From: Polaribacter sp.
GTDB taxonomy: Bacteria; Bacteroidota; Bacteroidia; Flavobacteriales; Flavobacteriaceae
Direction of reading: 5' to 3'
Length of the DNA stretch: 64,000 bases
Assembly (NCBI GenBank): GCA_023254055.1
Contig: JALQYN010000022.1
Location: 15,263-79,262, forward strand
Within the stretch, counting starts at the first letter, position 1. Every line of letters starts with the position of its first letter. This document shows positions 32,255 to 41,625 of this stretch, piece after piece. A program made the translations under genes and the position numbers. Below the pieces are notes generated by a model. It saw only the letters and a program-made list of their open reading frames with translations. It made no database searches and was not told where the DNA came from.

Positions 32255-33403
32255 ATGGAAAGTTCTAAAAGTAGAAGAGATTTTATCAAAAAAAGTATCG
32301 CAGCCGGAATTGCAATTCCGTTTTTAGGAACAAGTTTGTTAGCTTGTGATACTGAAGAAAGTAAAAAAATGAAAATCCTAATCTTAGGTGGAACCAGTTT
32401 TTTAGGACCGCATCAAATTAAATATGCTTTAGAAAGAGGACATTCAGTTTCAATTTTTACAAGAGGAAAAACAAAATCTACTGTGCATCCAGAAGTATTT
32501 GATAAAGTTGAACATTTAATTGGAGATAGAAATAACAATTTAAAAGCATTAGAAACTGGTGAATGGGATTTGGTAATCGACAACTCTGGACAAAATGTTA
32601 AATGGACTACAGATACAGCAGAACTATTAAAAGATAGAGTTAAATATTATTTATATACTTCATCAACTGGAGTTTATTATCCGTATTTAGGAGACCATAT
32701 TACCGAAGAAACTGTAACCTTAACAAAAGAACCTGAAACCTTAGATCATCCAGACGAAAAATTAGAATATTGGTATGGCGTAATGAAAACCAATTCAGAA
32801 AATGCAGCCATCAAAGCATTTGGAGTAGATAGAACGATTATTGCTAGACCCACCTATATGTTTGGTCCTGGGGATAAAACCAACCGATTTATTCATTGGC
32901 CAATTCGTTTAGCAAAAGGTGGTGATGTTTTGGTTCCTGGCAAAAAAGAAGATTTGGTACAATATGCAGATGTTAGAGATGTTGCTGAATTTATGATTAG
33001 ACTAGCTGAAAATAAACTTACTGGTAAATTTAATATAGTTGGGCCTACAAATCAACAAACCATGTTAGAGTTTGTTAATGAAGCCAAAGGAGCTTTTAAT
33101 GTTAATACAAATATTGTTGCCATTGATGATTATGATTTTTTAGAAAAAAATGGTATACAATATTTAGTCCCTTGGATTCCTCCTATCGGAAAAAATTATG
33201 GTTCATCTAGAGCTTCAAATAAAAAAGCAATAACAGCAGGGCTAACTTTTAGGGATTTAAAAACTTCGGTTAAAGAAATGCACGATTGGTGGTATTCTGA
33301 TGCAATTACCCAAGAAAAAAGAGATGTAGTTGAAAAGAACCCAAAAGGAGTTTTAATGAATGAAGAAGAGATTTTGAAGAAATGGAAAGCTTTAAAAAGT
33401 TAA
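32255..33403 (+). CDS. NAD-dependent epimerase/dehydratase (extended SDR) with Tat signal
   Basis: SRRDFIK twin-arginine motif, LLAC lipobox, ILGGTSFLG, YGVMK. Confidence 0.85.
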   Translation: MESSKSRRDFIKKSIAAGIAIPFLGTSLLACDTEESKKMKILILGGTSFLGPHQIKYALERGHSVSIFTRGKTKSTVHPEVFDKVEHLIGDRNNNLKALETGEWDLVIDNSGQNVKWTTDTAELLKDRVKYYLYTSSTGVYYPYLGDHITEETVTLTKEPETLDHPDEKLEYWYGVMKTNSENAAIKAFGVDRTIIARPTYMFGPGDKTNRFIHWPIRLAKGGDVLVPGKKEDLVQYADVRDVAEFMIRLAENKLTGKFNIVGPTNQQTMLEFVNEAKGAFNVNTNIVAIDDYDFLEKNGIQYLVPWIPPIGKNYGSSRASNKKAITAGLTFRDLKTSVKEMHDWWYSDAITQEKRDVVEKNPKGVLMNEEEILKKWKALKS

Positions 33404-33967
33404 TTTTACTCCATTTTTTTCAATTATACTTTTAGCGATATCCTTACCAATATATTTTCCAAAAAATGAAAAGGAAAAGGTAGCCAACACAATAGCGCCC
33501 ATAAACAACCAATTTGATTGAAATTTATAGATCGAGTCAAAAATCTCTTCTTTACTGAGCGATTGTAATACTGCGAATGGAAAATAAAAATACTCTTTTA
33601 AACCATCATTAAAGTTTTCGAAACCAAAGAATACATAAATAAAAGAAAAAACATTCCATGTTATTAGCGCTGTAAAATTTTTAAAAAACTTAGAAGAAGC
33701 CTTATTGTATTCAATACAAATAGCTTTTAAGTACTTAGAACTTGCTTCTTCACTTTTTGTTCTTTCTCTTATATCTTTTTTGTAGCCATTCATTCTAATA
33801 AAATTATCTACCATCGAATAGCATAAAATAATTGGAATTAACATCATCAAAATCGAAGCTGCCATAAAACAAATTAGAAGTATTAAATACTCAATATAAT
33901 CAAACACCATTTGAGATTGACTATTTTCAAAAATTTGAATTGTAAAAATAAAAGCTGCGTTTTTCAT
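33392..33967 (-). CDS. Hypothetical membrane protein
   Basis: 191 aa with three hydrophobic stretches; upstream TATATTTG box. Confidence 0.65.
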   Translation of the reverse strand: MKNAAFIFTIQIFENSQSQMVFDYIEYLILLICFMAASILMMLIPIILCYSMVDNFIRMNGYKKDIRERTKSEEASSKYLKAICIEYNKASSKFFKNFTALITWNVFSFIYVFFGFENFNDGLKEYFYFPFAVLQSLSKEEIFDSIYKFQSNWLFMGAIVLATFSFSFFGKYIGKDIAKSIIEKNGVKLTF

Positions 33968-34135
33968 TTTTGTTATTAATTGAGTTAAAAAACTGATTTG
34001 AGTTTTAGCTCTCTCAAATATAGTTAAAAAAATGTTAAAATATAGATAACTGTTTTTAAATCAGTCGTTTTTAATTTTAAAATTCTCAAAAAAACAACCA
34101 AGGTTTTACAAACTTAATTTCCTTATTTTTGCCAA

Positions 34136-35692
34136 ATGGTAAAAGAATTACAGCTTAGAATCCAATTAAAAGAAGAAAATGTTACAGGTATTCTGCTTAA
34201 AAAAGCGGCACACCATTTAAGCATTAAACCTTCTACTATTTCTAGCGTAAAAGTATTGCGAAAATCTATCGATGCTCGTAAACCTCAAATTTACTTTAAT
34301 TACAAAGTTGCTGTATATATTAATGAACCAATGCCAGAAACTTCTGCTTATCAATTTGATTATAAAGATGTTTCAAATGCGAAAGAGATTCACATCATTG
34401 GTTTTGGGCCAGCCGGAATGTATGCTGCACTGCGTTGTTTAGAATTAGGGTTTAAACCAATTGTGCTAGAACGCGGTAAAAATGTTCAAGACAGACGTAG
34501 AGATTTAAGAGCCATCAACCAAGAACATTTTGTAAACGAAGATTCTAACTATTGCTTTGGTGAAGGTGGTGCAGGTACCTATTCTGACGGAAAACTCTAT
34601 ACAAGAAGTTTAAAGCGTGGTGATGTACGAAAGATATTTGAAAACTTAGTTTTTCATGGAGCTTCTGAGCAAATCTTAATCGATGCACACCCTCATATTG
34701 GAACGAATAAACTACCAAAAATAATTCAGAATATTCGAGAAACAATTTTAAATCACGGTGGCGAAATTCATTTTGAAACACGAGTAATCAATTTTAAAAT
34801 TCAACACAATAAAATTAAAGCTATTCAATTACAAAACGGAACAGAAATGACTGCAAATGCTGTGATTTTAGCCACTGGGCATTCTGCTAGAGATATTTAT
34901 GAGTTACTCCATAAAAAAGAAATTGCTCTAAAAGCAAAATCTTTTGCCATGGGAGTTCGTGTAGAACATCCGCAACATATCATAGACTCTATACAATATC
35001 ATTGCGAAGGAAAACGTGATGAATTATTACCCGCTGCGGCTTATAGTTTAGTGCAGCAAGTAAATGAGAGAGGTGTGTATTCTTTCTGTATGTGTCCAGG
35101 TGGATTCATAGTTCCCGCTGCAACAGCAAATGGCGAAGTGGTTGTAAACGGAATGTCGCCAAGCAGGCGAAATAATTTGTATGCAAATTCTGGAATTGTT
35201 GTTGAGTTAAATATCGACAAAGATTTTGCTAAATATGAGAAATTCGGTCCTTTAAAAGGATTGGAATTTCAAAAAGATTTAGAGCGATTGGCATTTACTT
35301 CTGGAGGTAGAAGTCAAACTGCACCAGCACAACGTTTGACAGACTTTGTAGAAGGAAATTTATCTATAGATTTAAATCCTACATCTTATCAACCTGGATT
35401 AAAATCAGCTCCACTACACTCTTTATTGCCAAAAATAATTGGTGGAAGGTTGCGCAAAGGTTTTGAAGCATTTGGGCAAAAAATGCATGGTTACTATACG
35501 GCTGAAGCTAATGTTGTTGGTGTAGAATCTAGAACCTCATCTCCAGTTAACATCCCTAGAAAAGAGAATCTTGAACACCCAGTAATTGAAGGATTATTTC
35601 CTTGTGGTGAAGGCGGCGGTTATGCAGGCGGTATTGTTTCTGCAGCTATGGATGGAGAACGATGTGCAGAAGCTGCCATTGCTAAATTTTAA
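34136..35692 (+). CDS. Uncharacterised FAD-dependent oxidoreductase
   Basis: GFGPAG, FGEGGAGTYSDGKL, SFCMCPGG and GEGGGYAGGI motifs. Confidence 0.88.
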   Translation: MVKELQLRIQLKEENVTGILLKKAAHHLSIKPSTISSVKVLRKSIDARKPQIYFNYKVAVYINEPMPETSAYQFDYKDVSNAKEIHIIGFGPAGMYAALRCLELGFKPIVLERGKNVQDRRRDLRAINQEHFVNEDSNYCFGEGGAGTYSDGKLYTRSLKRGDVRKIFENLVFHGASEQILIDAHPHIGTNKLPKIIQNIRETILNHGGEIHFETRVINFKIQHNKIKAIQLQNGTEMTANAVILATGHSARDIYELLHKKEIALKAKSFAMGVRVEHPQHIIDSIQYHCEGKRDELLPAAAYSLVQQVNERGVYSFCMCPGGFIVPAATANGEVVVNGMSPSRRNNLYANSGIVVELNIDKDFAKYEKFGPLKGLEFQKDLERLAFTSGGRSQTAPAQRLTDFVEGNLSIDLNPTSYQPGLKSAPLHSLLPKIIGGRLRKGFEAFGQKMHGYYTAEANVVGVESRTSSPVNIPRKENLEHPVIEGLFPCGEGGGYAGGIVSAAMDGERCAEAAIAKF

Positions 35693-35790
35693 GCTATTAA
35701 TTTTTCGTTAAAACTGAAGGTATTATTCGTGTAAAATTGAATTATACTGTATATTCGCTGCTGCTAAAAAAGAAACTATCAAGCAACTAA

Positions 35791-36411
35791 ATGAGTAAAA
35801 GAAAAAGAGTTAGAAAAAAACCAAAACACCAATTATTACACCAGTATTATTCATATACTGGGTTTTATAAATTTATTGGGGTTAGCTTACGCAAGTCGAT
35901 TATTCCGATTGCGTTGGTAGTGGTTGGTTTATTGCTTTTTAATAAATATGTGTACAACATTAATGATGGTTTGCAACACATGACCGAAACTTTTTCTACC
36001 ATTGGAGTGCTGTCAGTTTTCTTTGTTTCAGAATCTATTTTAGGGTTAATTCCACCAGAAATATTTATTGCTTGGTCTAAAAAAACAAGTAATCCAGTAA
36101 TTACCCTTGCAATACTTGCTACCTTATCGTATTTAGGTGGAATCATTTCTTTTTTTATCGGAAAAACTGCATTGAAAATTGAAAAGGTTAAAAATTTCTT
36201 AGAAGTAAAAATGGCAAAACAATTAAAAAACACTAGTAAATGGGGTGGTTTTTTAATTGTAGTTGGCGCTTTATTACCAATACCATTTTCTATTACTTGT
36301 ATGGCTGGCGGACTGATAAAATACCCTTTAAAAGGCGTGATGCTTTTTGGCTTATTTCGTTTTGCTCGTTTTGCCGTATATGCTTTGGCTATTTTTCAAA
36401 TGGTAGATTAA
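35791..36411 (+). CDS. DedA/YqaA (VTT) family membrane protein
   Basis: SESILGLIPPE and ALLPIPFS motifs; hydrophobic. Confidence 0.75.
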   Translation: MSKRKRVRKKPKHQLLHQYYSYTGFYKFIGVSLRKSIIPIALVVVGLLLFNKYVYNINDGLQHMTETFSTIGVLSVFFVSESILGLIPPEIFIAWSKKTSNPVITLAILATLSYLGGIISFFIGKTALKIEKVKNFLEVKMAKQLKNTSKWGGFLIVVGALLPIPFSITCMAGGLIKYPLKGVMLFGLFRFARFAVYALAIFQMVD

Positions 36412-36493
36412 TATTTCCGTTTGAATTTCTAGCATTTTTTTCAATAACTTTGTTTACTCCTATTAATTGTTATTATTGATTTATAAAACATAA

Positions 36494-37001
36494 ATGAGCA
36501 AGAAAATCCAAAAGATATTAATTTTCACTGCATTTATCTTATCAATAGTTATTTACTTAAATCAATTTATATTATTTAAATTAAATCCAAAAAGTTTTGA
36601 AAACTGGTTTAATGACAGTTTGTTTTATTCTATTAATATACTTCTTTGGAGTGTTTTTTTCCCCTTACTTTATATTCTTATTAAAAGGTTCAAGAAAAAA
36701 AATATTTTATTATTCAAATATTAATCTTCAGTTTTATTGTTTCTGTCTTTCATCAAGTTTGGAGTAATTTAATTTTTTACATAAGAGTTTATTTTAAAAG
36801 CAACTATTTAGCAACGGGATCCTTCATTGTCTTTTTTAAAGAACTAATTCTTACAGGTATTTTTATCCGTGCTATTGAATCAATTGTAATAACATTTTTG
36901 TTTTATGTTTTATCTAACAATGAAAAGCAGATTAGAAATTTTGTTGCTTCACATTGGCCTAAATTATATAACTCCATCATAGATGAAAACAATTTTATTA
37001 A
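36494..37001 (+). pseudogene. Frameshifted, 3'-truncated membrane protein gene
   Basis: ORF 36494-36724 continues in the -1 frame from the A8 run at 36695-36702 (KYFIIQILIFSFIVSVFHQVW...RAIES...), stop-free to 37107. Confidence 0.6.
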
Positions 37002-37816
37002 AATAATAAAGCAGAAAAAACTACTCCTTCTACTTCTATTAAATCTAGTATGGACATGGATTCTAGATATAAAAACGCAGAAACGAAAAGAGTTATTGAG
37101 AAAATGATTGCTGCGCATGGGGGTTTAGAGAAATGGAAAAGTAAACCTAGCTTTAGCTATACACATACATACATTTATCCAAGTGACCCATCAGACCTTG
37201 GACTTCTGATGAAATAGTTGAAAACGGAAGAAGACGTGTATTTCAGAATTGGCCTTTAGACAAAGCTCAAGTTATTTATGATGGAAAAGGATATTATGGA
37301 GTTAATTGGATACGTGGAAATCCTCCAAAATTTACTGCACATTTAGCGTTCTATTTTTCAAATCTTCCATGGGTAACTCAAGACCCAGGCGTTATGCTAG
37401 GAGAGGTGAGAAAAAAGAAAATTCTTAACGAACCAAAAGAATATCTTGCTGTTAAAATGACTTTTGGAAGTGGAACTGGAGAATCTTCAGATGACTATTA
37501 TGATCTTTTAATAGATACAGAAACTTATACTCTAATGGGATATGAATATATCATGGCTTATGGAGCAATTTTAGATGCTTTTGAATTACCCAAAGATGTG
37601 AAATTCTTAGGTCCTTTTATAAAAAAAATGGTCGATTATGAAACCGTAGATGGTCTAAAAATGGATACTAAATTAATAACTTTTGGCCCTAAGGGAGAAG
37701 ATTATGGTTATCACACCTATAAAAATTGGAATTTCTCAAAAACCTTTGAAGATAAACTTGTTACTGTTCCAAGTAATGCTATTGAAGACAAATCTTCTTC
37801 AAAAAGAAAAGAATAA
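37002..37816 (+). pseudogene. 5'-truncated, frameshifted DUF6503-like exported protein gene
   Basis: Frame 3 reads ...IEKMIAAHGGLEKWK... and stops at 37217; frame 2 from about 37199 reads WTSDEIVE...NLPWVTQDPGV into ORF 37394-37816. Confidence 0.7.
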
Positions 37817-37839
37817 TCAAAAAGTAAATAGTAGATATT

Positions 37840-37873
37840 AAAAATGGTTAGCAAAATTGCTAACCATTTTTTT
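37840..37873 (+). terminator. Intrinsic terminator
   Basis: AAAAATGGTTAGCAA-AA-TTGCTAACCATTTTTTT. Confidence 0.8.
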
Positions 37874-37937
37874 ATTTAACTAAAGTTGTTTTATTTTTCT
37901 TTGGTAAAAAAAACATTAAAACTCGTACATTTGCTAT

Positions 37938-38228
37938 ATGGGATTAACAAACAACGATATTTTTAAAAAACTACGTGTTGCTCACAAGTTGAGAGATACA
38001 GATATCATTGAAATCTGCGCTTTGGTAGATTTTAAAGTTTCTAAAGGCGAATTAGGTGCTTTTTTTAGAAACGAAGAGCATCCAAAGTATATGGAATGTG
38101 GAGATCAAATTTTACGTAATTTTTTAAACGGGTTAATTATTCATTTACGAGGACCAATGCCTACTAAAGGAGAAAAACCTCAACAAAAAACCAAACCAAA
38201 TGACAACAAAAAAGAGTCTAAAAAGTAG
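37938..38228 (+). CDS. DUF1456 family protein
   Basis: TNNDIFKKLRVA and CGDQILRNFLNGL motifs. Confidence 0.88.
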   Translation: MGLTNNDIFKKLRVAHKLRDTDIIEICALVDFKVSKGELGAFFRNEEHPKYMECGDQILRNFLNGLIIHLRGPMPTKGEKPQQKTKPNDNKKESKK

Positions 38229-39366
38229 TTTTTTACTATTAGCGATAACATTACTAGTTTCCTGCAATCAAGAATCAAAAACACCCGCAGATTCCTTTAC
38301 TGTTAGTGGAAACATCAAAGGTTTAGATACTAAATATATGTCAAGAAGCGTGTATGATAGTTCTGGGAAAAGGGTTACAGATTCTATTTTCGTAAAAGAT
38401 GGTAAATTCACCTATACAGCTAAAATCAACAAAGCTGAACATATTATTTTTTGGCCAAATGTAGAACGCACCATTAAAAGATCTGGCAGAGGTTATTATC
38501 CTGCAAAATCTTCACAATTTGCTTTTATTGCAAAGCCTGGTGACCATATCGTGTTTGAAGGAGAAGTGACTGATTTTATCAATGCATATCCTACAGGTAC
38601 AAAAACAAATGATGATTTAACAAAAATTAACAGCAAGATATTTCCGTTGATGAATGCTTCTGTAAACTATTTATTAAAGAAAAATAAGTTAGAAAAAGAA
38701 GCCCCACGATTCAAAATCATTACAGATTCTATTGCCAAATTAGACGAAGAAGTAATTCGATTGAAGAGTGATTTTATAAAAAAGAATCCAACTTCAGAAG
38801 CTGCAGTTTGGTATTTATCTGACATGATGGTTAGAAGACAAATTTCTAATGAAGAAGCTGTTGCCATATTTAATAAATTTGATAAAAGCTTAGAGAATTT
38901 TACGTATTACAAAGAGCTAGCATCAAGAGTTAAAGGAATAGAATCTACATTAATTGGCAAAACTGTACCTGATTTTACTAGTAACAAAACAATAGATGGT
39001 TCAGATTTTACATTTAGCTCATTACGAGGAAAATATGTTTTGATTGATTTCTGGGGAGTATGGTGTGGCCCCTGTGTTGCAGAAATGCCTACAGTAAAGG
39101 AATATGCAGATAAATATGCCGACAAGCTGACTGTTTTAGGAATTAATAGTGGAGATTCTAAAGAAAAAATGGTTAATTTTCTGAAAGAAAAAGGATATGA
39201 TTGGCAACAAGTACAATCTGGAAAAGACACTGATAACTTGGTGTTAAAATTTAATGTCGCTGGTTTTCCAACAAAGTTTATTATTGATCCTGAAGGCAAA
39301 ATTATACAACGCTACTTAGGGAGTGGAGAAAAGGCATTCGAAAAACTTGACGAACTATTAAAATAA
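38200..39366 (+). CDS. TlpA-family disulfide reductase lipoprotein
   Basis: LVSC lipobox; DFWGVWCGPC; GFPT. Confidence 0.9.
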   Translation: MTTKKSLKSSFLLLAITLLVSCNQESKTPADSFTVSGNIKGLDTKYMSRSVYDSSGKRVTDSIFVKDGKFTYTAKINKAEHIIFWPNVERTIKRSGRGYYPAKSSQFAFIAKPGDHIVFEGEVTDFINAYPTGTKTNDDLTKINSKIFPLMNASVNYLLKKNKLEKEAPRFKIITDSIAKLDEEVIRLKSDFIKKNPTSEAAVWYLSDMMVRRQISNEEAVAIFNKFDKSLENFTYYKELASRVKGIESTLIGKTVPDFTSNKTIDGSDFTFSSLRGKYVLIDFWGVWCGPCVAEMPTVKEYADKYADKLTVLGINSGDSKEKMVNFLKEKGYDWQQVQSGKDTDNLVLKFNVAGFPTKFIIDPEGKIIQRYLGSGEKAFEKLDELLK

Positions 39367-39404
39367 TAGTAATTTAAAAACTATAAAAAACAAGCTATCA
39401 AAAC

Positions 39405-41513
39405 CTACTTTGGTAGCTTATTTTTTATCCCTAAAGGGGAATAAATTCGAACGGCATTTTTCAACACTTCACTTTTGTTTAATGTCATTTTTTTTAGTTG
39501 TTGATTTGCAAACAATTTCATTTCTGAGGTATAATACTTGCTAGTTGGTTTTTCTGAAGCACCGAAGGTGTTTACACTTTCTACCTCTACTCCATTTTTT
39601 CCAAAACGAACTAATTCTATATACGATTCCCCAGCAAAAGCTTTATAGGTACCATCGGTATGTTCTCTGCTATACATAGCAGCCAGCACATCTGGCATTC
39701 CTGCCATTGGCAAATTAACATCACCACGAATTAACCGTTGTACTTTTTTTAATGGCACTTTTAACGTTCCATATTTATTTAGTAGTTCTTTTTTTGCCTT
39801 TCTAATTCCCGCCACACAATCTTCTTCGGTAACTGTTCCGTAACGAACATTCCTTCCAGATTCAGTTCTAATGCGATCAATTTCTAACCAAGAAATAATA
39901 AATAATGCCGCAGTAGTATTTTCTAAATTAGACTTCCGATTCCAATTCGTTAACTGTGTAATTGCATCAGAAATATCTGGATATTTTGAAGTATCTAAAT
40001 GCATTAAATCTTCTAAATTGATGGCTTTTGGTGTTGTCATTTTAGAAGGATATTGATTGTCGTATTTAATGCGTTTAAAATCAGAATAAGACAAAGAATC
40101 GTATTGAGAAATCAATTCTAAAAATCGAGAACTTCTATTGTTTTCCAAACCTTTAGACTGATAACCCATAATTTTATTCAACGAAGTTTCTTTAAAATTA
40201 GATAAGGAATCTGTTGCAGAATACGGGGTATTGTTCGTGTTAAAAACCCATCCGCCTTTCGGATTTAAAACTTGTGGCAAACTATCTAAAGGAATTGTCT
40301 TTTTTCCCCATAATGTTTCAGAGGTATTTCCTGGTAATATTCCACTCCAATTGTATTTAGGATTTCGATACGGAAAACCACCATTACTTACAAAATAAAT
40401 ATTGTCTTCTCTATCTGCATACACAAAGTTTAGTGTAGAAATTCCACGTATTTCAAGTGCATTTTTAAACTCTTTAAAGTTGGTAGCTTTATTCATTTCG
40501 TACCACTGCTCTGCCATTTTTATTGAGCGCCCTACCACAAAATTCCAAGCAAAAACTCCTTTTTCAGTTTTAAAAGTGGGACCATATTTGCTTTCATAAA
40601 TTGTTCTACTTATTGGAAACTTTATGGGTCCAGCTAACTTAAACCAAGAAGTATATTTCTTTTCTTTCAACTCTAACCATTCTCCATCAAATTTATATTG
40701 ATTGTCGTTTTTTGGATTCATTTCTAATTGATACACATCCGAAAAATCTGCATGATTTACGGTGTGTGCCCAAGCTAAATTTTCGTTTGCTCCATGAAAA
40801 ATACAAATTCCGCCAGCAAAGGTACCACCCAAAATATTCATACCTTCTTCACTAATTAAATGTGCTTCATACCATGAATACCAACCTTCTAATGGTTGAT
40901 GTGAATTGATTGCTAAATAGGTTTTATCATCAGTAGTTTTTCTTTTTGAAATAGCAATTGCATTAGAGCCTTTTGGCACATCAGAATTCAACTCTTTTAA
41001 AATAGTTCCGTTTAAAATTTTTGCCAAATCTTTTCCTGCATGTGATACTTCTAGATTCCCTAATAAATAACCAACAATTACATCTTGACCCGTAATTGGA
41101 AACAAATCGTCTAAAACCACTTCTTCTGGATGTAATGTTGCATATGCATTAACACCTGCTACAAAACTTTCTAAATAGGTTTTAAATTTACCCTTGACAT
41201 CTCTTTTATAATTGGCTTTTGCAATTTCTTGTAAGCCCATAAATTTAATGCCGAAATCCGCAACCAATCCTTCTTTTCCTTTTATTTCACCCAACATGCC
41301 TTTACAGGCAGCCATTAATTCTTGTAAGGTGATAAATTGATCTTCGCATTGTGCCCAAGCCAAGCCGTAAGCAACTTCTGCATCTGTTTTTGCGATGATG
41401 TGAGGTACGCCATAAGTATCTCTTGCAATTTTAATGGCAGAAAATTCTATTGCTTCTGTTTTAGTGGAGCAACTTACAGACAGTAAGACTAGAAAAAAGA
41501 ATACAAATCTCAT
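39405..41513 (-). CDS. Penicillin acylase family (Ntn hydrolase) lipoprotein
   Basis: RDTYGVPHI, G|SNAIA beta-chain start, NSHQP, WYEAHL; SVSC lipobox. Confidence 0.9.
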   Translation of the reverse strand: MRFVFFFLVLLSVSCSTKTEAIEFSAIKIARDTYGVPHIIAKTDAEVAYGLAWAQCEDQFITLQELMAACKGMLGEIKGKEGLVADFGIKFMGLQEIAKANYKRDVKGKFKTYLESFVAGVNAYATLHPEEVVLDDLFPITGQDVIVGYLLGNLEVSHAGKDLAKILNGTILKELNSDVPKGSNAIAISKRKTTDDKTYLAINSHQPLEGWYSWYEAHLISEEGMNILGGTFAGGICIFHGANENLAWAHTVNHADFSDVYQLEMNPKNDNQYKFDGEWLELKEKKYTSWFKLAGPIKFPISRTIYESKYGPTFKTEKGVFAWNFVVGRSIKMAEQWYEMNKATNFKEFKNALEIRGISTLNFVYADREDNIYFVSNGGFPYRNPKYNWSGILPGNTSETLWGKKTIPLDSLPQVLNPKGGWVFNTNNTPYSATDSLSNFKETSLNKIMGYQSKGLENNRSSRFLELISQYDSLSYSDFKRIKYDNQYPSKMTTPKAINLEDLMHLDTSKYPDISDAITQLTNWNRKSNLENTTAALFIISWLEIDRIRTESGRNVRYGTVTEEDCVAGIRKAKKELLNKYGTLKVPLKKVQRLIRGDVNLPMAGMPDVLAAMYSREHTDGTYKAFAGESYIELVRFGKNGVEVESVNTFGASEKPTSKYYTSEMKLFANQQLKKMTLNKSEVLKNAVRIYSPLGIKNKLPK

Positions 41514-41625
41514 AAAAAATTATTTGTGTAAATATAAGGAGTTTGAAATAGTTAGTAATATTTCAATAGCATTTGATTTTAAAATTAAAATTAATAACTT
41601 AGCAACTAAACCTATATCCTTTTTT

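Noticed and set aside
36983-37006. ATG AAA ACA ATT TTA TTA as the start of the DUF6503-like gene
   Set aside because: It stops after 7 codons and lies within the open upstream frame; more simply a chance ATG near the inferred deletion junction, though not excluded.
41434-41625. Overlap of the kinase ORF with the acylase gene
   Set aside because: Artefact of taking the longest ORF; the plausible start is 41626.
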